The notes: generated by a model not told the origin, from the letters alone. A stretch of DNA of 63,410 bases, filler included, from Octopus bimaculoides (GCF_001194135.2; 4 parts of 3 records of this genome joined end to end with filler, not necessarily neighbours in it), one strand, 5' to 3'; shown: positions 49,782 to 63,365, counted from the first letter of the whole stretch. Numbers and translations: made by a program.

Positions 49782-52700
49782 TCACTGGCGCAATACCTCA
49801 TTGTAGACAATGTTTTTGGTTTTTCCATTTGGAGTGTACGCGAAAAGACTGTCCTTGCTCCTCACTCTTGAACATCCCACGTAAAGTTGGCCATGTGAAA
49901 AACCTGATTCCTCCAAGTGTTGTCCGGCAACCGAAAGCGTCTGCCCCTGTGATTTATTGATCGACATTGCAAAACTGGTGCGAATGGGAAATTGAAGTCG
50001 TTGAAATGTAAAGGGGATATCAGCATCGGACGTAGTAAGTGGAATTCTGGGGATAAAAACATCCTCTCCTGTTCCACACCCTGATATAATGGTTGCTTCA
50101 AGGACATTTTGCATGGCTTTCTTAATCACAAGACCTGTACCGTTGCAGAGTGTTGTTAGGTTTAGATTCCTAAGAAGTATAACAGGAATTCCAACTTCAG
50201 CCCAAGTTTATGAGGTGGCAGTCTCGGAGGTTCAAGTGAATTCAGGAATTCGATAGGGTAGTTTACCACTTGGTTAGGGCTGGGAAAAGAATCCATAGAT
50301 TTGTAGACATATAGACTAGCAGGAATGATTTGCAGCAGTTGGTCATTTATTGCGTTGACCAAACCGTTTTTTGAGGCTAAAATAGCTCTTTCGCATAACC
50401 ACTTAATGTCCCGATAGTTTTCATATAGCCTGGGGAAAACTTTTCTTGTGAGCTCTTCTACTGTACTGACAGGTGTACAAATGGAGGATATTAAAATTTG
50501 TCCATCTCCATCGAGCATTAGTTTTCCATCTCCGAGCGATAAAGCATTTGAAGCGAATTGCGCTGCTTGCTGGTCATTATGCAGTTTCGTTCGCATATTC
50601 GTCGTCAGAGTGAGTGTTGTTACATGTTGCCATAACAAAGATGATTTGACGCATGCACTGACTTCGTCAGCCCTGGTCCCTTTGGGAATAACAGGAAGTG
50701 TCTGCCGAAAGTCGCCAAAAAGAAGAAGCGTTATACCTCCCATAGGAGTCGGGCAATCCCTGATGTCTTGCAGTGTAGTGTTGAGGGCTTCTAGAGCTCG
50801 TCTGTGGGCCATAGTGCATTCATCCCACACGATGAATTGGCACTTCTGCAAAAGCATGCCTTTTTCAGACGTTCTGGTAATGTTGCAGGAGGGGCTTTCA
50901 GATTTCGCTAAGTCTAAGGGCAGCTTAAAAGCAGAATGAGCAGTCCTGCCGCCAGCTAGGAGAGTTGCAGCAATACCGGAGGATGCCACTGCCAATGCAA
51001 TGACTTTATTCAGCCTCACCTTTGAAAGAAGAAGCTTAATAAGGAAAGTTTTTCCTGTGCCTCCAGGTGCATCTAGGAAAAAAATCCCGCCTTTCTGGTT
51101 CTGAACATTTCCCAAAACTGTGTTTATAATTTGTTGCTGTTTTGGTAGGAGCTTCGGCTCATTTTCGTCTATGAATTGGGCAAGAGTGTCAGCATTGTAG
51201 GACATTTCACGAATGAGCTTGGTTGACATAAAATTCGATTCATCACGAAGAGTTGCGGGCAGTCCGTATAAAACAATCTTGTTTTCTATATCAATCAATG
51301 CGCAGTTGTAGATCTGATCATTGGCAGAATTAATTTCGGGAACTCGCCTTTTTTCAAGTTGGTAATAATCTTCAGCAAGTTCATTTCTATACCTAAGCCA
51401 CATAGAGACCGGGTCTGATACCTCGCAAATATGCAAAAGAATGGCAAAGAGGGCTCTGAGACTTTTAGCAGACCGTGAATTGGCAGCTTCAGCAAGAGTT
51501 GCATCCCACTTTGAATCGTTCTCGAGCAGCCCATATCTTAGGCATGCCTCCCTGAAGGTGGAACAGATCTCGCCGTTTACGGTTTTCAGGTGTTGGAATG
51601 ATTTAGGGCCCCTGACATCATGAAGGAGCAAGCGAAGGTAAAAGCACTCCTGCTGACTTGGGTGAACGGTATATATCCTGCCGAGGCAAGTGTCAAAGTT
51701 CACAGTCGGGAAGCCATCAACCTGGCTGTCTATCCTCCGTCGCTGCCATGTATTGTTGCTCCAAGAGTAGTATGATGGTACTTGATAGTAGAGTAATGTT
51801 TCAACAAATGTATCTACGTTACATAGCTTGGAAAAGGCAGTTAGGGTAGTGTCTTTAGGGTATTCGACAACAGTTGCAGCAGTTGAAGGCGTGAAGTAAA
51901 TGAGTTGACTATTCTCAAGGTGGATTGCGAGCTGTTGAATAGGCGGATGCCTTTGTTGTAAAGGAAAACCGAAAATTCTCCAGAATGCTTCATTGCTGGT
52001 TATGTATCTGCCGACTTGGTATTGTGCTACCTCGTCTCGGTTACCATTTTGCTGCAGACAAAACGTAGCCGCATCTGTCCCTTTATTTATATATTTGCAG
52101 ACGTATTTGATGGACTTGATTGAACTGCAAAACTCTACGTTGATATGAGCGTTAAACGCTTTGGACAGAAGAGGGCAAAATGGCACGATCCACCTGTTGT
52201 CTACTTCGTGGTGCTCTACCTTAACCGTGAGCTCACTGTCTTCAGAACGCCTTCGTCTGTATAGGGGGTAGCTATCGTTGCCCATCTGAGTATGAAGCTG
52301 GAACTTCTTCAGAAACCCTTTCATGCATTTCGAATCTCTGAAGCACGGTGAATGAATGTTAAATCCGTACCCACAAGGTCCATGAATCATGTTTGAGCGT
52401 ACTATCTGAAAAATATCTGGGTCAACCACTGGATCAGGCAGTTCTGCTGATATCAGGCTGTCTATATTGTTTGAATTGATTTTTGAGGACAACCATAATA
52501 GAATATGGGCGTGCGGAAGACCTCTTTTTTGCCACTCGACAGTATACATGTCGCATTTAACACTCCCGAATACCTGTCCTATCTTGATTAAATCCATGAG
52601 TTTCTGTAGCTTCAACCGAAAAACTCGGGCAAGAAGATCATGCCTGTCAGTGGGCCTCTGACTGTTTAATGGTTCAATTTCAATTTCAATCCACTTGGGA

Positions 52701-55121
52701 TTGCAAGTAAAGATTATAAATAAATCAGGGTGACCAAAATGACGTACAAACGTCATGGCATCTTGCGTTCTCTCATGAATATACCGCGAACCCCCGTAAA
52801 TGTAGATGGTAAAATGCAGACCTTTCCAGTATCTTCAGGCGCGACGTCATTGATTATGTCATCCCGAAGGTGGATATAATTCTCAGACCTTAGCTTTTTT
52901 TGATTACGGCGAATGAAACGCAACTTTTCAGAAACCATCTTGGCGTATATATCCACAACATATTGATGGAACAGCTCACGTAAACAATGGAGATGATTCA
53001 TTGAGTTTCTTCAAGTTATTAGGCGATATGAATCGAATTTCATGCATGAAACGTTTTTGCTGCTACATTCATGTGGTCTTTGTGGAAGACGTGGAATACC
53101 CAAATGGTACCCATCCTCACCGTAAACGAATAGCAAAGGGTACTGGAGCGCATCGTATGCCCTATGAGATTCGTGTATTCGTTGGATGCTGTTGTCGCGG
53201 CATGACAAAACAATATCCCTTGGATTACAGGGTTCACCTTGAAGAACAATGGCGACTTTGTTGCAAGATGGTTGATTATACCGGCCGGCATACTCACCAA
53301 ATGGACGTTTATCAGCATCTATGACAACATTAAATTTGGGGCCTGACGCTATCTCTAAAGCTTACTTGGAACTCTGAACATAACTATTTGTTTCATGAAG
53401 CATTTCCTGTAGCTGCAATATCAGTTGGAAGTTAGTCCCAGGTGATACCTTATTTCGTTTTACCGCCTGTTCTTAGTAGCTGCAAACGAAATATAGTTGA
53501 AGACACTGAGGCTCTTGGAATGCATCACGTTGAAGAGGTCCTATCCTGTGGTAAACCTGACTCTGAACTTTGAATGTAGGCATGAATCCATCCTCTCGGA
53601 TGATATTCGCACCAAAAGAAGTAATTTGAAACGCACAGTTATACTTTCTTATGTTGCGTAGGAAGTGTCTTGATTCAGGAGTTGTTCCCTCAAGAAGCTC
53701 CTGCAGTGGTTGTGGGGGATCCTCCAAAGCAGGTAATTTGACTGTTCCACCTGAACAGCACATTCCAGCGGGTTCTCCTGGCCACTTATTTGCAGAACAG
53801 AATGAGCAAATAACTCTCATATTGGAAGCGGAGATACCTTTGCGAAGACTTTACGACGGGCGATGGTGTTCAGGCGGTCTCGTCTCACCTGCAGGGGCTC
53901 GAAAGCTCTTGCGGCAGCAGTTGAAGAAGCATGAGCGGCAAGGCGAAGGGCTCGATGTTCATCATCGTCAGAAGCTCTAGTGGCAGCAGTGGAAGACGCG
54001 TTATTTGCTAGACGCAGGGTTCGTTGCTCTGGAGTCACAGCAGCTCGTTCAGCGGCTCTTAAAGAAGCGATTCAGGAATTTCTTTTTAAAACCGGTTCTT
54101 TCATTCCCCAGCAAACTCTCTTCTTTGGTGGCTCCTAAGAAATGTGATAAACAAAATAAGAGCAACGTATGGTTTTGGATTGAAAAATACCGTATGACAG
54201 GGTGGCTAGTTACCAAAGTTGGAAATAGAACCTGCTCATGTGTATTTCATGCCCATATTATGTTTGGTAGTTCAAACATATAAATACTAATTGAGCATCC
54301 ATTTATATTCGTAGCATTTTTGTAGTTCTTTTGGGAACTTAAGAGGAACATATAAACAGAAAATGTATTTCTAATTGAATGCATGTTAGTAAACCGGGTA
54401 TATTAAAAAATACATAAAATGGCACTTACCAAATAATGAAAACCTTCTTAAAATTGTTCTCTGGAATGTTATTATTGGTAAACATCTCACCTTGAAACCA
54501 GGATAACGATATTTCCAAAAATAAAGAAAGCGACACCATAAGAAAGAAGTCATTTAAACTAAATTTTTGATTATACCAAGAAAAAAAAACAACAAAAAAC
54601 AAACAAACTATCTAATGAATCTTTTTAAAGATATGGTAGCTGAAGTAACACATTACCGAAAAGTACTGAATTAATAATGTATTTACTGAACAGTTTAACT
54701 ATCATTGTTAAAGCAAAATCTTACTAAGCCTCTGAATAAAATACTTAAAGTGGATAAGTTCCGAAGGGTTTTTTTTTACATACTTCATTAAAAAAAAATC
54801 ATTTAATCTAACTGGAGCGAATAACAGTGTAATTTTGCTCGTGCAAATCAGCTGATAAAATTTCGAGTCACTGAATGAGCATATCGATTATTTTTCACGA
54901 TAACTGAATAAATCTCTTGCTTGTGAAATATGCTAATAATCCCCCCCCCCAGAAAATGCAAAAATTCACCACTTAGGAAGCAAAAAATCAAAAAATAAAT
55001 GGTCGATTCTGGGCATTTTCGACCATGAGGAATCCATTGGTGCGGCTCCCAGATTGCTATCTTCTAAGGTGTGGATTTCTATAGATGCAACACACACACT
55101 CGCAAACTCAGCTTTAGAATA
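49782..55121 (-). mobile_element. Helitron, autonomous-type, inactivated by several stops/frameshifts
   Basis: Collinear ORF pieces: repeat-rich N-terminus (53817-54038), CxxCxAxxW..CCxxG zinc finger (53473-53820), YDALQYPLLF block (53011-53208), 52753-53001, Rep+helicase (50162-52756), helicase end FAMSINKSQGQTL..HGQLYVGCSRV (49782-50129). The extension to 55121 is inferred from a Helitron-like 5' region next to the gap. Confidence 0.88.
50162..52756 (-). pseudogene. Helitron Rep (HUH/Y2) plus PIF1-family helicase, 864-aa uninterrupted segment
   Basis: Rep motifs PDLFIIFTCNPKW, VEWQKRGLPHAHILLWL, KYVCKYINKG; helicase motifs LDAPGGTGKT, IVWDECTM, GDFRQTLPV. Confidence 0.95.
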
Positions 55122-56379
55122 NNNNNNNNNNNNNNNNNNNNNNNNNNNNNNNNNNNNNNNNNNNNNNNNNNNNNNNNNNNNNNNNNNNNNNNNNNNNNNN
55201 NNNNNNNNNNNNNNNNNNNNNNNNNNNNNNNNNNNNNNNNNNNNNNNNNNNNNNNNNNNNNNNNNNNNNNNNNNNNNNNNNNNNNNNNNNNNNNNNNNNN
55301 NNNNNNNNNNNNNNNNNNNNNNNNNNNNNNNNNNNNNNNNNNNNNNNNNNNNNNNNNNNNNNNNNNNNNNNNNNNNNNNNNNNNNNNNNNNNNNNNNNNN
55401 NNNNNNNNNNNNNNNNNNNNNNNNNNNNNNNNNNNNNNNNNNNNNNNNNNNNNNNNNNNNNNNNNNNNNNNNNNNNNNNNNNNNNNNNNNNNNNNNNNNN
55501 NNNNNNNNNNNNNNNNNNNNNNNNNNNNNNNNNNNNNNNNTATATATATGTATGTATATATATATATATACATATATATGTATATATATAATATAAATAT
55601 ATAGATATATGCATATATCCTTACATATATGTACATACCTACGTCTATATGTATACATACATGCATATATGGGTACATAAAAAAACGCTAAACACAATGG
55701 GAAACGAAAAACGAAAACAAAAAAGAAAACGAAATTTTCTAACGAAAAAACCCCCAGAGAAACGAGACATGCAACATAAAGTGTATATCCCTTCGTCAGT
55801 TGTCCCTGTCCCTGTGGGTGTGGTGTGTTTTTGTTTGTGTGTGTGTGTGTGGATGGGGGTGTGAGTTTGTCTTTGTGTGTGTTTCTACCCTCAACAGCCG
55901 CTTGGCAACCGGTGTTGGTGTGTTTATATTCCAGTAACCTAGCAGCTTGACAAAACAACCGATAGAATAAGTGCCAGGCTTTGAAAAATAATTCTTGAGT
56001 CAATTCATTCACTAAAAGGAACTCAAGGTGGTACCTCAGCATGGCCACTGTCTAATGACTGAAACAAGATATAGATATATATCCAAATTCAAAATGGCTG
56101 TCGACTAGCATCAAACTTGGAACTCAAGTATACCAAAGAATTTGAATCAAACTGTTGTGATCCGTAATATATCTAAATTTTGTACGACTCTGTTATTCTT
56201 GCTTTTCTTTCATTCTTTCCTTGTTTCTTTCAGCCCCTTCACACTTACTTCGTTCATTTCACTCTTCATTCTTTCGTTCCCTCTCTCTCATAGTTCCTGG
56301 CCTTCTCTTCATGCTCCCTTTCCCTCCTCTTTCACTTCACTGTGTTCCTTTCATTTTTTCTCGCCCCTCCTTAATCTTT

Positions 56380-56810
56380 CTAACCCTCTGCCTCTACCTC
56401 TCTGTCTTCTCTCCCCACGTGACCGGTGTTCGGCCAAGTCTGACCTTTCTTTCTTGGTTCGACTACCATCCGTGCAACATCTATATTCTTCCCTGTGCCT
56501 ATTTAATCTTATGTCCCTGCCGTAATGCTTTTCTTCCACACACGTCAGCTTAATTTAATTCGTCCTTAGTCGAAAGACACCTGTTTCTATGTCCTGTTAA
56601 TTGCATTTGTATTTGTGTAACATATCTCAGTTTTTTTCCGCCCTTGATTTCGTATACATTTGCTGCTTTCTTCTAAGGAATCTAATGCTCTTAGCTTAGT
56701 TTTTCCTTGGGGATGGCCAAATTGAAGCAATCTCGAGTATAGTCAGCCGAAATTTCAAAGATAATCTGGAACTCGACTGAGGAAAGATAACTCCGAATGA
56801 TATGATATTA
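56380..56810 (+). repeat. Penelope pLTR-like repeat with decayed hammerhead core; related copy at 43310-43430
   Basis: CGTGACCGGTGTTCGGCCAAG...GACTACCATCCGTGCAACATC shared with 43336-43410; TTGGGGA-T-GGC...GCC-GAAA at 56707-56752. Confidence 0.45.
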
Positions 56811-57069
56811 CTAGGAAAGGAAGTTTGTTGTAGCTGGTTTCTGTCGTGAAGTTGATAGATGGGGGCAGTGTGTTGAGAATGTTGTGGAATGTTCGTAGAT
56901 CTTCTGATATGTTCCAAAAGATGAAACAGTCATCGAGGCAGCGTTTCTACTTTTTCTTGATGTTTTCTCTGAAGTAGGGTTCGAAGACTTTCCCTATTTC
57001 ATCGTATAGTTTGTTCTCAAAGAAACCCATCTCCAAATTGGCATGTGAAGGTTCGAATTTCGTAGCAAT
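56811..57069 (-). mobile_element. Inverted RT core fragment of the same Penelope-like element
   Basis: Minus frame ATKFEPSHANLEMGFFENKLY...K*KRCLDDCFIFWN...INFTTETSYNKLPFL (degenerate YxDD motif). Confidence 0.85.
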
Positions 57070-57960
57070 AGCCTTCCTAGACATCAACATCAAGATACAC
57101 AACGACAGATATCTACTACAAAAAACCCGACACATACCAATATTTAAATTTCTACTCCTGACACCCATCCCACATAAAAAGAAACATTCCATATAGTATG
57201 GCAAGACGCATATGCAGCATAGTGATCGACTCACAAACACGCCAAATAAGACTAAATGAACTTAAAAACTCACTACTAGAACAGAAATACCCACTCAAAT
57301 TAATAAAACACGGTATCTCAAGAGCAATGAAACTGTACATCACACAACTCAGAACTCCAAAAAAGAAAAACAATCAAAACTTCATCCCATTCATGAACAC
57401 ACACAACCCTGGAGTTATCATCATGTTTCAAATTATACAATCAAACTTACCAATAGTCCTACAAAACATAAAAAACAGTAAACGCCAAGAGAAAAACCTG
57501 AAAAAACAACTGACAAGAGCAAAATTCTCATCAGAGAATGAAACCGAATTATTTGTAAAAGAGTGTGGAGATAGTAGATGTGGGATCTGCAGTAGCCTCA
57601 TCTACAAATATATAGAGGGAAACAAACAAATAAAATTTAAGTGTGGACACATATTCAAAGTAAATGCAGACATGAATTGCAAGATACAGATCGTAATATA
57701 CTGCATAACCTGTTCCACATGCAAGGGAAATTATATAGGTGAAACTGGAAATTCTTTATGACGACGAGCCAGAATTCACCGACAACATGTCCGACAGGAG
57801 GAACTGCGAAAGATTTCACTGAGTAAACACTTAGAAGCATGTGGAGAAGGAAAATTTAAGATCTTTCCCTTCTATAAATACCCAAGGAATGACACCTTCT
57901 TCAGAAAAAATATAGAGCAACACTTCATAACAAAATTCTCTCCCAAACTGAATGGCTGAA
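57070..57960 (+). mobile_element. Penelope-like element (Neptune-type) RT thumb + GIY-YIG endonuclease, degenerate
   Basis: AFLDINI..TDIYYK..YLNFYS*HPSHIKRNIPYSMARR; Cys linker CGDSRCGIC; VIYCITCSTCKGNYIGET; ends FITKFSPKLNG* near 57958. Confidence 0.9.
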
Positions 57961-60295
57961 AATATGAAAATCACACCAATTTCCCATGTGGAACAATTAG
58001 CTTAGTCTGTGTAATAATGTCCTCATAATGTACAAGAAATTGCATGCATATCTGTTTCATTGAGCTCCTTCACAAGACAGTTTCCCTTCATTTTTGTAAA
58101 GAATTGTTCCTTATCTTCATTCCGCTTGATATATATANNNNNNNNNNNNNNNNNNNNNNNNNNNNNNNNNNNNNNNNNNNNNNNNNNNNNNNNNNNNNNN
58201 NNNNNNNNNNNNNNNNNNNNNNNNNNNNNNNNNNNNNNNNNNNNNNNNNNNNNNNNNNNNNNNNNNNNNNNNNNNNNNNNNNNNNNNNNNNNNNNNNNNN
58301 NNNNNNNNNNNNNNNNNNNNNNNNNNNNNNNNNNNNNNNNNNNNNNNNNNNNNNNNNNNNNNNNNNNNNNNNNNNNNNNNNNNNNNNNNNNNNNNNNNNN
58401 NNNNNNNNNNNNNNNNNNNNNNNNNNNNNNNNNNNNNNNNNNNNNNNNNNNNNNNNNNNNNNNNNNNNNNNNNNNNNNNNNNNNNNNNNNNNNNNNNNNN
58501 NNNNNNNNNNNNNNNNNNNNNNNNNNNNNNNNNNNNNNNNNNNNNNNNNNNNNNNNNNNNNNNNNNNNNNNNNNNNNNNNNNNNNNNNNNNNNNNNNNNN
58601 NNNNNNNNNNNNNNNNNNNNNNNNNNNNNNNNNNNNNNNNNNNNNNNNNNNNNNNNNNNNNNNNNNNNNNNNNNNNNNNNNNNNNNNNNNNNNNNNNNNN
58701 NNNNNNNNNNNNNNNNNNNNNNNNNNNNNNNNNNNNNNNNNNNNNNNNNNNNNNNNNNNNNNNNNNNNNNNNNNNNNNNNNNNNNNNNNNNNNNNNNNNN
58801 NNNNNNNNNNNNNNNNNNNNNNNNNNNNNNNNNNNNNNNNNNNNNNNNNNNNNNNNNNNNNNNNNNATATATATATATATATATATATATATAGCTGTAA
58901 CTGGTGAAATATCACTATTTCTGTAATGATTTGTATTGGATGAAGGACCAATTTTGTAAAATAAACTGTAATTTTATATTAAAGACACACACACACACAC
59001 ATACATTACAGAGTGTTATACATATATGTGTATATGCATAAATAGAAGCATTCTTGCAGCCAGATTTTCCAACACATACCAGCACGGAAATCAAGCATTG
59101 GACAAGGATGATGATGATGATAATAACTCCAAACAATTTTTGGGAAAATAACTTTTATTAACCAGCTTGTCATCTTCTATTGAAAGAACTGACCAGCTGT
59201 ATAGATGTAAACACATTTTTTCTTCTTTTTTCCTTCTTTCTTTCTTTCTCTTTTCCATTCACACTCCTTTCCGATACACAGGCACATACACACACACACA
59301 TACACATACACACAAAAAACACACACACACTCTCACTTTCTCCCCATTCCTCACCCTCTTTTACTATCCTATACACCCACATTAATTTCTCCACCCCTAC
59401 ACACTGAATAATACTATAAAAAAGATGAATCCCTTCAAAAAAAAAAATAATAAATCTGAATAATCTATTAGAATAGATGAAAGCGCTAATATATGATTTA
59501 TAAAAGCATGTGACATATTAATAAGAATCTGTAAATGTACAACCATCCAGATCTCTGAGTACCTTATTTTTTTCTAATATATATATGGGCAAACGCACAC
59601 ACACATATATGTGTGTGTGCGTGTTTACATATGTGTATATGCATATGTATATATGTGCGTATATACAACCTTCAACAAAGTAACTGTCATGTATACAACT
59701 TGAACTGACGCACATATCAGTACATAAACATACATTCACATGTACATACATATGCACACACACACACACACACACACACNNNNNNNNNNNNNNNNNNNNN
59801 NNNNNNNNNNNNNNNNNNNNNNNNNNNNNNNNNNNNNNNNNNNNNNNNNNNNNNNNNNNNNNNNNNNNNNNNNNNNNNNNNNNNNNNNNNNNNNNNNNNN
59901 NNNNNNNNNNNNNNNNNNNNNNNNNNNNNNNNNNNNNNNNNNNNNNNNNNNNNNNNNNNNNNNNNNNNNNNNNNNNNNNNNNNNNNNNNNNNNNNNNNNN
60001 NNNNNNNNNNNNNNNNNNNNNNNNNNNNNNNNNNNNNNNNNNNNNNNNNNNNNNNNNNNNNNNNNNNNNNNNNNNNNNNNNNNNNNNNNNNNNNNNNNNN
60101 NNNNNNNNNNNNNNNNNNNNNNNNNNNNNNNNNNNNNNNNNNNNNNNNNNNNNNNNNNNNNNNNNNNNNNNNNNNNNNNNNNNNNNNNNNNNNNNNNNNN
60201 NNNNNNNNNNNNNNNNNNNNNNNNNNNNNNNNNNNNNNNNNNNNNNNNNNNNNNNNNNNNNNNNNNNNNNNNNNNNNNNNNNNNNNNNNNNNNNN

Positions 60296-60336
<41 letters not shown>

Positions 60337-60744
60337 TATATATTAATCGTAGTGTACAGTATGTTATATATCTATCACGGCTGGCCTTACCAATCGGTTT
60401 CGCAATAGGGGTTCAACTCAGTGTTAGGTAACAGTCTGATATATGTAACAGTGCACTCTTCAAAGGTAGCCGTTCTGCAATGAAGTTTGACGACTGCTCT
60501 CAGTTGTTGGAGGTGAATTGACATCCGGAGTGTTGCATTAAAAAATGATGGTGAAACGAATAGATTAAGTTTAGAGTTATGTCCCTTGGTGTCAAGACAT
60601 CGTCTCTTGCATAGGTTTTGTTGCAAGTCAGCAAGAGCTTTCTAGAAAAGAGTTTGTGGGAAATGTTTGTTTTTAAGATTGGTGTTCTTAACCGGACTCC
60701 CAGGTACTGATGAAGGGCCGAAATGGGGGGACTGGTGATTATAG

Positions 60745-61518
60745 TTATGATGTGATGTACTTCCTTTCATGTTGGGAAATATTAAAAATTTCTCTTCTGC
60801 TATTCAGGTAAATGCATGTGAGCTGGGAGCTCTTTAAAATCGCTCTTTTCTCAACCAGGCATAATCTACCCATTTTGCTGCTATAGAAGTACGCTTTACA
60901 TTTCTCTAGAATCTTCCACTTCATGCTGTACTCGGTGATACTGTTTTTCAATGACAAGACGTGCTTGGCCACGGTTGTAACATTACGTCTCTACAGGGTG
61001 TTGAAAGAGGACTTGTGTTTGTTACGTACTTTCGCACGTTTGGTCATTTGGTCCTATTGCTTTTAAATCTACCGCGTATACAACGGTCTGCATATTACAG
61101 TGGCCGTTGTGTGGATATGTTGTGCTACCCCTACATGAGCACCTTCCCTCTGTCTCAAGTGTTGGCCTACCTACTAAAATATTTTTTACACTGGGTGCAC
61201 AGCAAGAGGAAATTCTCAAAGTGTGCTTATTAACTTATTTGTACGGGAGAAGAGCTTGTCTACTAAGCAAAGAAAAATCTTACCTACTCGGGTTTTAACA
61301 CTTACAGAAAAGAGCGGTGTGAAACACAACACTTTCCGGTGGCGCTTTCTCCTGGAGGGGGTTAGGGTTTGGCGTGTAACTAATTCTATCCTTGAAACCG
61401 TTGCACTGTGCATGTATACAAAGTACATCAAGTTTTTGAGGACATCTCTTTCAAGTGCTCTAACTTTCTTCGAACTTACTTTTTCGTGCCTTTGTTTCAG
61501 ATAAATAATGTTAGACAT
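60745..61518 (-). mobile_element. Second Penelope-like element, C-terminal endonuclease region (Naiad/Poseidon-like), degenerate
   Basis: RKRHRKVLCFTPLFSVSVKTRVGKIFLCLVDKLF; CSC..YPHNGHC..VVYAV; HKSSF..TTVAKHVLSLK..KWKIL..RLCLVEK..LNSRREI; multiple frameshifts. Clade name is tentative. Confidence 0.8.
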
Positions 61519-62500
61519 CAGATTGACTCAGCAAATGAAACAGCAAATTGAAATCGTTGCCTTAAAAGCGCAGTATAATCATTCAGAAATAGCTTGCTTC
61601 CGAAAGTTGCCTGATTCTTCCTTGTCAAAGTTTAAAAGTAGCTGGAAGTTGCTGACTGGGAGACAAAATCAGCAGCTATATACAAAACATATGCACAAGA
61701 TCCTGGTAACATCATAACTCATACAAAAACATCCGAAAAATAATCTAAAATCTCCGAAAATCCCGAAAAGCCAATTAGAGCCATTACGAAGATCATCAAG
61801 CTTTCAGATGTGTTATGCTTGAGGACAAGTGGTACAAGTCGTTTGTGATGCGAAATGGTCAGTTTACGTCGTTCGATCCATGTAAAGCGATTGCTAAGCA
61901 AGTTAAAACACTAAGAGGATGGAATGAATTGGTTTTTCTCCGATAAGTAAAACTGAGCAGGACCAAAAGCAAACTAAAGAAATGATACTCAGTTAGGCAG
62001 AGACTCAAATAAGGTTCCGACCGTCATGCATACTAAGTTTCCAGCAGCTATGTTGGTCCTGGGAGTCGTTAGCAACGAGAGAAATGTCATGCCTCCCCAC
62101 TTTTTCCACAGGGCTTAAGAATCAATGCTGCAGAGATGTTGGAGAAAGTCTTGAGGCTCTGGATACTCAGAGTAAAAACCCTTCTGACAAGACTGCAGCG
62201 TCTCACAAGATAAGGACAACATCCTCATCTTCTCCCAGAGACGTGGCCTCCAAGCTCACTAGGCCTCAATCCACTGGACTATTACGTATGGAGCATAGTC
62301 AAAGAAGAAGTCGATCAAACCCCAACTCTGAAAAACATACCATAACAATCTCTCAAGTCCATCATAATCAGCACTATGTCCAAAATTGATAAAGATCGTT
62401 TGATTCAGGCATGTCAACGCTTCCGACCCTGTATTATAGCAGTCATTGATGCTAACAGTGAATCCACTGAATAAGTGTGATAAAATGATTCTCAAGATTA
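61510..62500 (+). mobile_element. Tc1/mariner maT (DD37D-like) transposase relic
   Basis: Fragments WFFSDK, VPTVMHTKFPAAMLVLGVVSN..VMPPHFF, degenerate WPPSSPDLNPLDYYVWS, and RLIQACQRFRPCIIAVI; many indels. Confidence 0.82.
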
Positions 62501-62595
62501 TTTGTAGCAATTTGCTTTCAAAAACAACTTTCCTTTGATGAACTATGCACCTTTTTCTAAATTCATGCACGTGAACTAATAAGAATGACGCACGT

Positions 62596-62640
<45 letters not shown>

Positions 62641-62929
62641 AGAGAGAGAGAGAGAGAGGAGGTGTACTTGCTCAGCAAGTGACTTGATCTGAGATCGTGA
62701 GCTGAAACAAAAGCAGTTGCAGCGCGGAAGATGTGTGTAAGCCATTTAAGAACACACAAAAACTGTTAGATTCACTTCAACATTTAAATTTAATTTAAAT
62801 TAAATGCAGTACAACATGTTACATAGCCGGGTCGTCGGCGACTTAACTGGCAACCCCACAGAGCTTGCTTGCTGAGGAGGGAGGTTGTTGGACACCCTGT
62901 GAGACGAAAAATAGGACCCGTCAAAGGGC

Positions 62930-63330
62930 GGAAGAACTAATAAGTGGTCAAAGGACGTTCAAGAATGAAGCACGAAGAGAAAGCTAAGAAAGAATGAACC
63001 TGTGGAAGATGAGGGAGTGTTGCTTTTTGTGAGTGTGATTTGTGGGAGGAATTGCTTGAGTCGTACGGGCCTGGTCAACCATCAGAGAACTCACAGTAAT
63101 CGACCCGTGGTAATTTGCGATATGGCTGTTATTCACAACAGAACATGTGCAGCCTGTGAAAAGGTGTGCTTCTCAGTTGGAGGATTGAAAAAGCATGTCA
63201 AAAGAGTTCATACTGTGGCAGCTGTTCCTTCTGCTGGCCATTACAGTTGTGTATTATGCAATAGAATGTGCAAATCTTTTGCCGGGCCTCACATTACATC
63301 AACAATGACTCATTTCAGTGATTCTCTGTA
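62930..63330 (+). mobile_element. RTE-clade LINE 3' end with C-terminal C2H2 zinc fingers
   Basis: CGRNCLSRTGLVNHQRTH; CAACEKVCFSVGGLKKHVKRVH; CVLCNRMCKSFAG; same architecture as the fingers ending RTE RT fragments at 17.2 kb and 24.1 kb. Confidence 0.65.
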
Positions 63331-63365
63331 GCAGTGGCTTTGCTCGAATACGAGAAAACATCTAT

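Noticed and set aside
57159-57161. In-frame TGA at a Cys-like position (S*HP) in the Penelope-like ORF, a possible selenocysteine
   Set aside because: Selenoprotein-coding PLEs are reported, but this copy also has a TAG in the RT, a second TGA at a probable Arg (57759), a mutated YxDD and frameshifts; ordinary decay is simpler. The 60.7-61.5 kb element shows no TGA at Cys positions in the part I translated.
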